Source: Candidatus Bathycorpusculum hydrogenotrophicum | GTDB lineage: Archaea; Thermoproteota; Bathyarchaeia; Bathyarchaeales; Bathycorpusculaceae | Direction of reading: 5' to 3' | DNA: 64,000 nt | Assembly (NCBI GenBank): GCA_009783705.1 | Contig: WRCX01000004.1 | Span: forward strand, 1,827-65,826 | Part shown: piece after piece, positions 53,170 through 61,770 of the stretch | Position numbering within the stretch: the first letter of the stretch is position 1 | Layout: every line of letters starts with the position of its first letter | Position numbers and translations under genes: made by a program | The notes under the pieces: generated by a model | Told to the model about the DNA's origin: nothing | Databases searched by the model: none | Seen by the model: the letters and a program-made list of their open reading frames with translations, nothing else

Positions 53170-54061
53170 ATGTCTCTTCTTTTTGGGTTGCGCCATACCC
53201 TCCCGCGGTATCTCTTATGAAATCAGCGCCAGAAAAATCCTCACAAAACTCAACGTAGAACTAATAGAGATGCCCGAATTCAACTGTTGCGGCCTACCCC
53301 TCGACTCTATCAACCACCAAGCCATGCTGATCTTGGCAGCAAAAAACCTCGCCCTAGCTGAACAGCAGGGCTTAAACATCCTCACCCTATGCCCCGGATG
53401 TGCCAGCACCCTCAAAAAAGTCAACAAAACCCTAAAAACAGACCCCCAACAAAAAGACAAAATCAACCAACACCTCAAAGCAACAGACCTCACCTACAAT
53501 GGAACCATCGAAACCAAACACCTGCTCCAGTTCCTCAAAGAAGACATAGGCATAGAAAACATCAAAACCACCATAACCCATCCACTCACAAACCTCAAAG
53601 TCGCCGAACACAACGGCTGCCATATCCTGCGACCCAAAAAAATCATAACCTTCGACGACCCCGAAGACCCCCAAACCCTAAAAACCCTCATCGAAGCCAC
53701 CGGAGCTGAATGCCTCGACTACACTGATAAAACCCAATGTTGCGGCCTACCCAGCGCCGGTATAAGCGAAAAAATCGCCCTCCAACTCGCACGCGATAAG
53801 CTCAACCACATAAAAAACGTTGGTGCCCAAGCGCTAATCACGATATGCCCTTCCTGTCACACAATGTATGACACAAATCAACCCAGAGTAGAAAAAACCT
53901 TTGACGAAACCTACCGCATCCCCATACTACACTCCCCCCAACTCCTAGGCTTAGCCATGGGCCTAACACCCCAAGAATTAGCCTTTGGCGAACTCCGCAT
54001 AAACCCAGAAAAAATAATCCAACAATTCACCCCATCAACTACACAAAAACAAATCAGCTAA
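53156..54061 (+). CDS. hdrB: Heterodisulfide reductase subunit B
   Basis: Two CCG domains (NCCGLP...CPGC; HNGCH...CCG...CPSC). Confidence 0.9.
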   Translation: MTPSKCLFFLGCAIPSRGISYEISARKILTKLNVELIEMPEFNCCGLPLDSINHQAMLILAAKNLALAEQQGLNILTLCPGCASTLKKVNKTLKTDPQQKDKINQHLKATDLTYNGTIETKHLLQFLKEDIGIENIKTTITHPLTNLKVAEHNGCHILRPKKIITFDDPEDPQTLKTLIEATGAECLDYTDKTQCCGLPSAGISEKIALQLARDKLNHIKNVGAQALITICPSCHTMYDTNQPRVEKTFDETYRIPILHSPQLLGLAMGLTPQELAFGELRINPEKIIQQFTPSTTQKQIS

Positions 54062-54253
54062 TAGTTTTATAACCCCGTGTTTTTGGTTTTATGGAACGAA
54101 TTGCACAATACCACCTTAAACCCGCCGAATTCGACGGTTTAGAAAAGAACCCTGCTGATATACCCTTGTTGACTATATGCTTACTTGAGAATCCCTTACA
54201 GTTTAGGGTTAAACCTTATCTGAATAAACCTGCATTATCTGTGCTTGATGTTT

Positions 54254-54613
54254 ATGCAACCTCAGCCTCCTAACCCCACACATAAACGCATGAAACGTGA
54301 AAAGCAAACCATAACCCAAATGGTTGATCTCTACTGCAAAAACCACCACAACACCAAAGGCGAACTGTGTGCTGAATGCAAAGAATTCCACGAATACGCT
54401 CTTCTACGGCTCGACAAATGCCCCTTCCAAGAAAAGAAAACTACCTGCGGCAAATGCGTCATTCACTGCTACCGTCCAGATATGAACCAAAAAGCAAAAG
54501 TCATTATGCGCTACTCCGGCCCACGTATGCTTCTACATCATCCCGGATCTGTTCTCCATCACGCCTGGGACTCAAGACGAAAACCACCCACACTGACAAA
54601 AAAGACCTCTTAA
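54254..54613 (+). CDS. YgbA / nitrous-oxide-stimulated-promoter family protein
   Basis: REKQTITQMVDLYC...CPFQEKKTTCGKC..HCY...MRYSGPRMLLHHP. Confidence 0.85.
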   Translation: MQPQPPNPTHKRMKREKQTITQMVDLYCKNHHNTKGELCAECKEFHEYALLRLDKCPFQEKKTTCGKCVIHCYRPDMNQKAKVIMRYSGPRMLLHHPGSVLHHAWDSRRKPPTLTKKTS

Positions 54614-54657
54614 CAACCCTTTTCTATGATTCCTCTTTATCCATATTGGTGGACACA

Positions 54658-55146
54658 TTGGTTGAGGGTATTGAGCAACAACTCAAAGACTGGTTCTCTG
54701 ATAGGGACAAAGTGGTTGTTGCAGGTATTGGCAATCCCATCCGAGGAGACGACTACGCAGGCCTAAAAATTGCGGAGAACCTACAGAACAAAGTCTCAAG
54801 TAACGTCTGTGTGCTAGAATGTGAAACAGTTCCTGAAAACTATTTGGTAGATATTGAACAGTTCCACCCCACACATATACTGCTCATCGATGTTGCCCTC
54901 ATAGGTATCCAACCCGGCGAAACCAAATTAGTAAAGGCCACAACAATTGATGAAGTCTCTACTTTTTCATCACATGGGTTATCCCTAAGGCTTTTCTGTG
55001 AATACATCACAAAACTACTTCCAGATGTACAAATATCACTATTACTCATTGAACCCACAAACATGGACTTCGGATATGAATTGAGCCCCAAAGTGCAGAC
55101 AACAGTTGATAAGCTGACTGAGATTCTGCAGAGTTTACTCACCTAG
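54658..55146 (+). CDS. hycI: Hydrogenase maturation endopeptidase (HycI-like)
   Basis: GIGNPIRGDD, ETVPEN, LLIDVA, SSHGL. The ORF-track start at 54376 is over-extended. Confidence 0.85.
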   Translation: MVEGIEQQLKDWFSDRDKVVVAGIGNPIRGDDYAGLKIAENLQNKVSSNVCVLECETVPENYLVDIEQFHPTHILLIDVALIGIQPGETKLVKATTIDEVSTFSSHGLSLRLFCEYITKLLPDVQISLLLIEPTNMDFGYELSPKVQTTVDKLTEILQSLLT

Positions 55147-55611
55147 TTGCTTACGCTTAAAAACATAATCAGTTGTCAATAGTAGCTTGCCTTTGGAGTA
55201 GTTGTTTTCTTTGATTTCAAACTGGTTCCTATTTACCCATTTGGCGGTAATTTGTTCTTCTTGTTCTTGATCCTCAAAAGTACCCCGCCAATACAACTCC
55301 AAAGTGGCATCATCAATCCATTGCCCCCTGTGATCATGAATCTGCCCATCCGAACTTGATCTCAGCAAATGTATTGTATCATCTGCTGAGTCAACTGTCC
55401 AGAAGTCATTTTGGTAAAAGTCTTCATAGCCTTCAATGTGACCATTGATTTCACAGTTTATCCCCATATGTTCTTCTTTTGCACTCATTTCACCACAGCC
55501 AGCCACCACTTTAACCTCACTGGTTTTCATGGCAATACCCATAGCCCACTCGTCAACGAGTTGTCTGAGCCATTCTTCTGCTTTGGTTAGTTCCAAATTT
55601 TTCTGAGACAC
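55135..55611 (-). CDS. Hypothetical beta-barrel protein (DUF1579-like)
   Basis: WLRQLVDEW start and beta-rich pattern ending in FKRK; weak family recall. Confidence 0.5.
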   Translation of the reverse strand: MSQKNLELTKAEEWLRQLVDEWAMGIAMKTSEVKVVAGCGEMSAKEEHMGINCEINGHIEGYEDFYQNDFWTVDSADDTIHLLRSSSDGQIHDHRGQWIDDATLELYWRGTFEDQEQEEQITAKWVNRNQFEIKENNYSKGKLLLTTDYVFKRKQLGE

Positions 55612-55794
55612 ACCCTTGACCTCACAATAGTTTTAAAAAGCGAACTGATAAGCCAATGTGGCTGTATTGCTACAGCAACGGAATTATCAACAACCCTAAC
55701 ACACAAAAACTCTGGCACAAAGTTGAGATGAGCAGAATATGGCTCTGACTTTAAACGTTAATTAGCTACCGACGTTATCTGCCTTGTGATACGT

Positions 55795-56274
55795 ATGACT
55801 GGCCTGGCAATTATAATCATGGGTTCTGAGCGGGACCTCGAATTTTCACGCGAAATCGCCAAATACCTCAAACTCTTAGGAGTAAGCTACGAATTCCGCG
55901 TTGCATCCGCACATAAAACCCCTCTAACGGTGCTAGAAATTCTCAAAGAATTTGAAAACCAACAAGTTGTCTACCTCACCGTTGCAGGCCGCTCCAATGC
56001 CCTTAGTGCCTTTATTGATGGCAACACTGCCCACCCCGTCATAGCTGTTCCACCCTACAGCGAAAAATACGGCGGCACAGACATCTACTCTTCACTTCGA
56101 GTACCAAGCGGTATCGGCTTAGTTGTCACCATCGAACCCGAAGGCGCCGCCATTGCAACCGCAAAAATTCTAGCACTAAACGACCCCACCCTGCTTGCTA
56201 ATGTCCAAACCTACCAAAACAATAAAAAACAAGAACTTGAGCGGGCTAATGAAACCGTCAAGAACCTAAAGTAA
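55795..56274 (+). CDS. purE: AIR carboxylase PurE, class II type
   Basis: IMGSERD, SAHKTP, AGRSNAL, DIYSSLRVPSG. Confidence 0.9.
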   Translation: MTGLAIIIMGSERDLEFSREIAKYLKLLGVSYEFRVASAHKTPLTVLEILKEFENQQVVYLTVAGRSNALSAFIDGNTAHPVIAVPPYSEKYGGTDIYSSLRVPSGIGLVVTIEPEGAAIATAKILALNDPTLLANVQTYQNNKKQELERANETVKNLK

Positions 56275-56279
56275 TATTC

Positions 56280-56741
56280 TTACTTTAGCTCATTTTTTAT
56301 TGTCTTTAGCGCAAAAACTATGTCCTTGAGCGGGTTCATGCCTGCCTTTTTGTTATATTCACATCTAGAGCAGTGCACACTTATCTTTGCTTCATGTTCA
56401 CATACATCACATTTACATGCTGTATTGCTTCGTAGCGTGTTAGAGTCAAGCATAACATTGAACAGCAAAAACCCCACAATTGTCCCAAGCACCACAGCAA
56501 ACCCTGCATTAGCGGCTGTGAGTAAAAGCGCGGCTGTCAAAAGCCCTGCCATAGAGCCAAAACTCACAAAAGTTCGGGTTTTTATGCCATACTTTTTATC
56601 AATTCGGCTCCACAATATGTTTTCTTCTACAAAGTTGCCTCTTTTGGCAAAAGCAACATAATTCACAAGCGTTAAAACTATGGCGGCACCTAAACCTACA
56701 CCATAGTAGAGCAACACTAGACCTGTTATATTTGAAATCAT
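56280..56741 (-). CDS. Membrane protein with C-terminal Cys cluster
   Basis: Three TM segments plus CKCDVC...HCSRC. Confidence 0.55.
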   Translation of the reverse strand: MISNITGLVLLYYGVGLGAAIVLTLVNYVAFAKRGNFVEENILWSRIDKKYGIKTRTFVSFGSMAGLLTAALLLTAANAGFAVVLGTIVGFLLFNVMLDSNTLRSNTACKCDVCEHEAKISVHCSRCEYNKKAGMNPLKDIVFALKTIKNELK

Positions 56742-57049
56742 CCCTCTCTCTCCCTTTCTTTCTAAATACTCTCAAACGCTTTAATGGACACAATAAAATT
56801 CTGTCTGCGCGCCTAAGATAATTGTCATATTACTTGTAATTACGTGATAAAAATGTTGTGACAAGCGCATGTATGATATATTTTTGACCTAAACACAATA
56901 CCTTCGTTTTATATCTGACCATCTGGCAATCAGGTAGCTTGTGTTTCTCAGGGTTTTCCCTTTGATAAAAGTGCCAAACGATGACTTGCCATAACAAAAC
57001 CTATGACCAACCAATAATATATTTATGTGTGCATCACCTAGACTCATCT

Positions 57050-57125
57050 GCTGGGGTGGCCGAATGGCTTAGGCGGTAGCCTGCAGAGCTGCTCTATATG
57101 GGTTCAATTCCCATCCCCAGCTCCA
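57050..57125 (+). tRNA. tRNA-Cys(GCA), CCA encoded
   Basis: Acceptor GCTGGGG/CCCCAGC, U73 discriminator, anticodon arm GTAGC-CTGCAGA-GCTGC, T arm ATGGG-TTCAATT-CCCAT. Confidence 0.95.
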
Positions 57126-57203
57126 AATTAATCCTTTTACGAATCTTCCTCTTGTCCTGAGTGCTCGGTCTTTCTGTAGGTGCTATTAAGAAGGCGAGTG
57201 GTT

Positions 57204-57617
57204 TTAATTGGTTTTTTCAAAGTTAGTGAGTATTTGTTTAACTGTAACTATTTTGATACCTCTAAAACTATTTAATGCCAGTAGATGTTTGTCTCCGGAA
57301 ACAATAATGTCTACTTTTCCATCATAGGCCGTCTCAATAATCATGTCATCTTTAGGATCTTCTTTAACAAGCTTAAATTTTGAAACTACGTCCACTATTT
57401 CAGCTGTTTGCATCAAAGCTAAGATAATTCGATGGCGTTCCTCTTCAGTAGTTTTGAATTTTGGTCTTTGCAAAACAAGGTCAAACTCTTTTAGAATCGT
57501 CTCGGAGATAACTAAAGTGAATTCTTTACAGAGGCCTTTCTTTAAGAGTTCTCTTGATTTGCCGTCAGATATTATGGCGCTAACTAAAACGTTGGTGTCA
57601 AACACCACTCGAAACAT
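57204..57617 (-). CDS. PIN-domain (VapC-like, PIN_3) toxin
   Basis: VVFDTNVLVSA, EDPKDD, IVSGDKHLL. Confidence 0.92.
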   Translation of the reverse strand: MFRVVFDTNVLVSAIISDGKSRELLKKGLCKEFTLVISETILKEFDLVLQRPKFKTTEEERHRIILALMQTAEIVDVVSKFKLVKEDPKDDMIIETAYDGKVDIIVSGDKHLLALNSFRGIKIVTVKQILTNFEKTN

Positions 57618-57627
57618 CGTTTATCGT

Positions 57628-57897
57628 CTACTTTCTGGTTTCTTTGATTTCTTTTTGTATTTCTGCATTGGATAGTTTTAGTTCTTTTTTGTCCATTAGT
57701 TTGAATATGTCTTCCCATTCTTTTTTTAGGTCTGGGAGTTGTAGTTTTTTCATTATAATGGTGTCGCCTTTTCCGTAGACTAGCAATTTGGTTTTTGGTT
57801 TTATTTCTAGTTCTTCGCGGATGGATTTGGGAATGACTACTTGTCCTTTCTCGCTCATTATGGTGACTTCTAGTTCTTCAGTCATAGCAATCATCAT
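57628..57897 (-). CDS. AbrB/MazE/SpoVT-family antitoxin
   Basis: SEKGQVVIPKSIREEL. Confidence 0.9.
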   Translation of the reverse strand: MMIAMTEELEVTIMSEKGQVVIPKSIREELEIKPKTKLLVYGKGDTIIMKKLQLPDLKKEWEDIFKLMDKKELKLSNAEIQKEIKETRK

Positions 57898-58509
57898 TGT
57901 AAGAATATTTTACTTTCCTATTATTAATCTTTTTCAGGGCTAATGGCTTGATCTGTTGACAACTTTTGTGTTGATTATGGCTTTATGGAAAAGTTATGCG
58001 GCAAATTTGAGTTTGCCGTTTGTTCCACCCGACGGGTTCTGTTTATGCGTTCGTGAATTGATCTTCTATTCTTCGTGGTGTTCGCCTTGGGATCTATTGG
58101 GTATAGCTGTTTTTTCATAAACAACTGCTGATATATCGGTAATTGACGTTATTTAACTATACTTTACCGATATATGAAAACAGTTTTTGAGTTTGCGTGA
58201 GTTTTACTGCTGTGACATTTACGTTTGAGACGGCATTTATCTCATCAAATGAACTGGGTATTGGTAAGATAAATGATAAGATAAAGAAACGGCTCTTGAT
58301 GTGAACATAGTTGTGTTGCTGACACTGATGACGCTAATTACACTGTTTCTCTGTTATAAGAAAAGAGGCAAGATGATGAAATTTATGGCTAAATAAACTG
58401 TTTTGTGTTATGTGTGGTTAGTTATTGTTTTGTGTATTGAAGAGTGCTGGTTTTACGTAACGCTGGCCTTGGTGTTTTGTTGAGTTTTGAATTAATAAAC
58501 TGGTGCTGG

Positions 58510-58584
58510 ATGTTGTTTAGGGGAAAAAGGGGTTGAGTGGATGATTTCTCTGTGGTCTGTTGATGCATTTCCCATCCCCTGCTC
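58510..58584 (+). repeat. att-like junction 1: 62-bp arm + degenerate tRNA-Cys 3' end
   Basis: ATGTTGTTTAGGGGAAAAAGGGGTTGAGTGGATGATTTCTCTGTGGTCTGTTGATGCATTTC followed by CCATCCCCTGCTC. Confidence 0.9.
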
Positions 58585-58790
58585 TTTATTGTTGTACCTG
58601 CATCTCTTCCTTATGTCCAGTTTGGGTGTAAATTAACCGTTTTGGAATTAAATCGACAAGTGATATTTAACTCATAAATCATAGTTTTTATGTCACTTTT
58701 CATTATCGTATGGTTGAGCGTAATTGTGTGGATTACTTTAAATAATTTTGTGTTATGTAGTATTATGTCTGTAGTTGGAAGGATGTTTCA

Positions 58791-59027
58791 ATGGTAAAAA
58801 ACATCATAGAATTAGGTGAAGAGGAAAACAGAGTAATTAATATAGTTAAGGCAAAGTATGGGTTTAAGGATAAGAGCCAAGCTTTAAGCGTTATTATCAA
58901 ACGTTATGAAGAATCGGAGCTTGAGCCTCAGCTAAGACCTGAGTTTGTAGCAGAAATCGGAGAGACAATTAAGCGAGGCAAGTTTGTTAAGGTTAAAGAT
59001 TTCGAAGAAGAATATGGGCTAAAGTGA
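58791..59027 (+). CDS. DUF2683-like antitoxin
   Basis: NRVINIVKAKYGFKDKSQA...EPQLRPEF; upstream of a RelE-type toxin. Confidence 0.75.
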   Translation: MVKNIIELGEEENRVINIVKAKYGFKDKSQALSVIIKRYEESELEPQLRPEFVAEIGETIKRGKFVKVKDFEEEYGLK

Positions 59028-59034
59028 CTGTTGC

Positions 59035-59295
59035 TTGTATAGCCTTGAGATTGAAGAACAAGTTTCTAAAACCTTTCACAAACTTTTAAAAAAAGACAGA
59101 TCTCAATTAGAGGCTATAAACAAGAAGATACAGCAGATTTTATCTGATCCGTATCAATTTAAACCATTAAAACACCCCTTAGACGGTTTTCGCAGAACAC
59201 ACATTGGTTCTTTTGTTCTCATATATCGTGTAACCGAAAATCCACCAACGGTTCAAATAGTGCAGTACACACATCACGATAAAGCCTATCTCTAA
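59035..59295 (+). CDS. RelE/ParE-family toxin
   Basis: KKIQQILSDP...FKPL...RRTHIGSFVLIY...HHDKAY. Confidence 0.88.
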   Translation: MYSLEIEEQVSKTFHKLLKKDRSQLEAINKKIQQILSDPYQFKPLKHPLDGFRRTHIGSFVLIYRVTENPPTVQIVQYTHHDKAYL

Positions 59296-59444
59296 ACGCT
59301 TCAGAAGAGAATCGCAATTTTTCTATGTTGTTTGAAGATTTTGGTTGTTAGAAAGCTCGTGAATACAATGGTGCTAACTGGGGCAAATCGGTGGTATGTG
59401 CTATTATTATTGGCTAGATGTCGGTAATTGGTAAGGGTGCGTTT

Positions 59445-59518
59445 ATGTTGTTTAGGGGAAAAAGGGGTTGAGTGGATGATTTCTCTGTGGTCTGTTGATG
59501 CATTTCTCATCCCGGCTC
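59445..59518 (+). repeat. att-like junction 2
   Basis: Identical 62-bp arm (59445-59506), then TCATCCCGGCTC. Confidence 0.9.
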
Positions 59519-59633
59519 TTTATTGTTGTACCTGCATCTCTTCTTCATGTCCGGTCTTATTGGGAGTTTCTAAAACCTTCGTAAGGGCACAAACTATTTT
59601 AGGTTTTAAGTAGCACTACTTTTGGGTTTAACA

Positions 59634-59881
59634 TTGACTGAGAGTATAACTTTTTCGGCAGTGTTGTGGAAGGAAGGCCGATTGCAGATTGCGTGGTCTC
59701 CAGAACTGGATATATAGCTAGCCAAGGCAAAAATGTTGAGGATGCTTTGGGAAATCTGCGGGAGGCAATTGAGCTCTATCTTGAAGATGAAGATGCAAAA
59801 ATTCCAACTGACCGATCTGCCATTCTTACCACTTTGAGTGTTCAAACACATGCCCAAGCGGGAACCTCTGTCAGGCAGTAA
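59634..59881 (+). pseudogene. hicB: HicB antitoxin, frameshifted by a TA duplication at 59715-59716
   Basis: FSAVLWKEGRLQIAWSPELDI in one frame continues as ASQGKNVEDALGNLREAIELYLED in another. Confidence 0.85.
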
Positions 59882-60077
59882 AATAATCAAGGCACTTAGT
59901 AAGGCTGGGTTTCAAGTAGTGGGACAAAAAGGAAGCCATGTCCGATTAAAAAAGAAAACATTTTCGGGCATAAACATTGTAATTGTTCCGATCCACCCCG
60001 AAATCAAGAAAGGAACCTTAAGTCCATACTGCGGCAAGCTGGATTAACAGCAGAAGAAAACTCGAAAGGCTCTGTAA
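59850..60077 (+). pseudogene. hicA: HicA toxin, frameshifted near 60020
   Basis: LSKAGF...QKGSHVRLKK...VPIHPEIKKGTL; SILRQAGLT lies in a different frame. Confidence 0.85.
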
Positions 60078-60286
60078 TAGCTGAGATTTACTCGATAATT
60101 ATCTCTTGTTTTTCAGCAAAAATACGGTTCAATATTGGTTTTAGCTGAATAATTATGCCTATATTTTTAGAAATTTCGTGCGTATTTAGTTCTTGGCAAG
60201 CGCTTATCCAAAGGTTGTATGTGCATTTGATCAATGAACCTCGGGTGCATTTTTGCTGAGTTTTGAATTAAAAGTTGGTGTTTGTT

Positions 60287-60361
60287 ATGTTGTTTAGGGG
60301 AAAAAGGGGTTGAGTGGATGATTTCTCTGTGGTCTGTTGATGCATTTCTCATCCCCAGCTC
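60287..60361 (+). repeat. att-like junction 3
   Basis: Identical 62-bp arm (60287-60348), then TCATCCCCAGCTC; 12 nt are identical to the tRNA-Cys 3' end. Confidence 0.9.
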
Positions 60362-60427
60362 TTTGGTGTTGCGTGTAATGCGTTTCCTCCTGTTTCGGTT
60401 TTAAAAGGTTCCAAAACCATTAAGAAC

Positions 60428-61642
60428 ATGACAATAACAAAAACTAACCCTGTTATCCATGACTATGAGCGGGTTCTTGAGCGGAACCGCCAAAACATTA
60501 AGCCTTTACGCAATAGCGAGCTAAGTTTACAGTTTTTAGACCACTTAAGTGCCCTTGGGTTGTCAGTGGGCAGAGTAGCAAAATACGCCGCCCACCTACC
60601 TGTATTACTGCCTCTTATTGATGTAGATCTTAAAGCGTTAACGAAAACGGATGCTGAACACATAGTAGCGGCGATAAATAGCCGACCAAACAAAGCCTCC
60701 ACTAAAAGCGACAACAAACTTTTGCTACGAAAACTTGTTCAATACGCCAAAGAGGGCAGTTGCGCTAAAGGCACACCTTTGCCCTCTGAGGTAAGCTGGA
60801 TAAGTTTAGCAATAAAAGAAAAAAACCCCCGCGTAACCCCTGAAACCCTTTTGACCTCTGAGGATTTTGCGGCAATTATTCGAGCCACCCAAAATAAGCG
60901 TGATAGGGCTATGGTGTATGTGCTTTTTGAAGCGGCTTTGCGACCTGGTGAGCTTTTAACCATGACTGTAGGTAGTGTAGCGTTTAAGGATAATTATTGC
61001 CTTATCACTGCAAATGGTAAGACGGGTATTAAGCGGATTCCTTTGGTTGTTGCTTGCAAGCCCTTGCTTGAGTGGTTAGAGGATCATCCTTTTGGTGATG
61101 AGCCGTCTTCGTCTTTGTGGTGTTCACTTGCTCATAATTGTGTGGGTAAACAGTTGAGCTACATGCGTTTTCGCGATATAATTCAGCGTTTGGCTAAGCG
61201 GGCTGGTTTGAAGAGGACGGTTTGGCCGTATTTGTATCGTCATAGTTCTTTGACCGCTATGGCTAAAGTATTTACCGAGTGCCGTTTGGAGCAGTTTGCG
61301 GGTTGGAAATATGGCAGTAAGATGACAAGACGATATGTGCATTTTTCTGCTAGAGATTTAGAAGATGCAGTTTTGGAGTTGCACGGTATAAAGTCTGTTT
61401 CAAAAAACACTGGCTTGATGCAAGTCGTTGATTGCCCAAGGTGTAGCAATAAAAATCCTTTTGGAACTACAAGATGCACCACCTGTGGCATGATATTAGA
61501 CAAGGAAACCGCCTTAAGATTTGAAGAAACTCAAAGGCAAAAAGAGGGGATATTGCAGGAACAAAACATAGAGTTAAAACAACGCATAGAAAAGTTGGAG
61601 AGTTTTGTCTCCTCCCTTATTCCTACCTCTGGCAAGCTTTGA
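60428..61642 (+). CDS. Tyrosine integrase with C-terminal Zn ribbon and coiled coil
   Basis: ALRPGE (R), GKTG (K), YLYRHS, AGW, MTRRYVH (Y), CPRC...CTTCG. Confidence 0.92.
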   Translation: MTITKTNPVIHDYERVLERNRQNIKPLRNSELSLQFLDHLSALGLSVGRVAKYAAHLPVLLPLIDVDLKALTKTDAEHIVAAINSRPNKASTKSDNKLLLRKLVQYAKEGSCAKGTPLPSEVSWISLAIKEKNPRVTPETLLTSEDFAAIIRATQNKRDRAMVYVLFEAALRPGELLTMTVGSVAFKDNYCLITANGKTGIKRIPLVVACKPLLEWLEDHPFGDEPSSSLWCSLAHNCVGKQLSYMRFRDIIQRLAKRAGLKRTVWPYLYRHSSLTAMAKVFTECRLEQFAGWKYGSKMTRRYVHFSARDLEDAVLELHGIKSVSKNTGLMQVVDCPRCSNKNPFGTTRCTTCGMILDKETALRFEETQRQKEGILQEQNIELKQRIEKLESFVSSLIPTSGKL

Positions 61643-61770
61643 TTTGTTTTTCAACAAGTGCCTTTAATTCTCCAATTTCTTCTAATATTTTTTCTAAAAC
61701 CTGTTTGCTTATTGTTATTTGTTTGCTCATTGGTTATCGTAAATGGTGAAGGGCTGAATTTTTAAAACTA

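Noticed and set aside
54376-54657. Long N-terminus of the HycI ORF
   Set aside because: It overlaps the ygbA-like gene in another frame, and homology starts near 54658.
59301-60352. ORFs 59301-59510 and 60167-60352 (MRNASTDHREII...) and the alternative MHQQTTEKSSTQP peptide
   Set aside because: Their shared N-termini are just translations of the att-like arm, and their C-termini are unrelated. A small peptide cannot be fully excluded.
58510-60361. Three direct repeats read as a CRISPR array
   Set aside because: The repeats are 62+ bp, the intervals are 0.8-0.9 kb and contain genes, and no cas genes are present.
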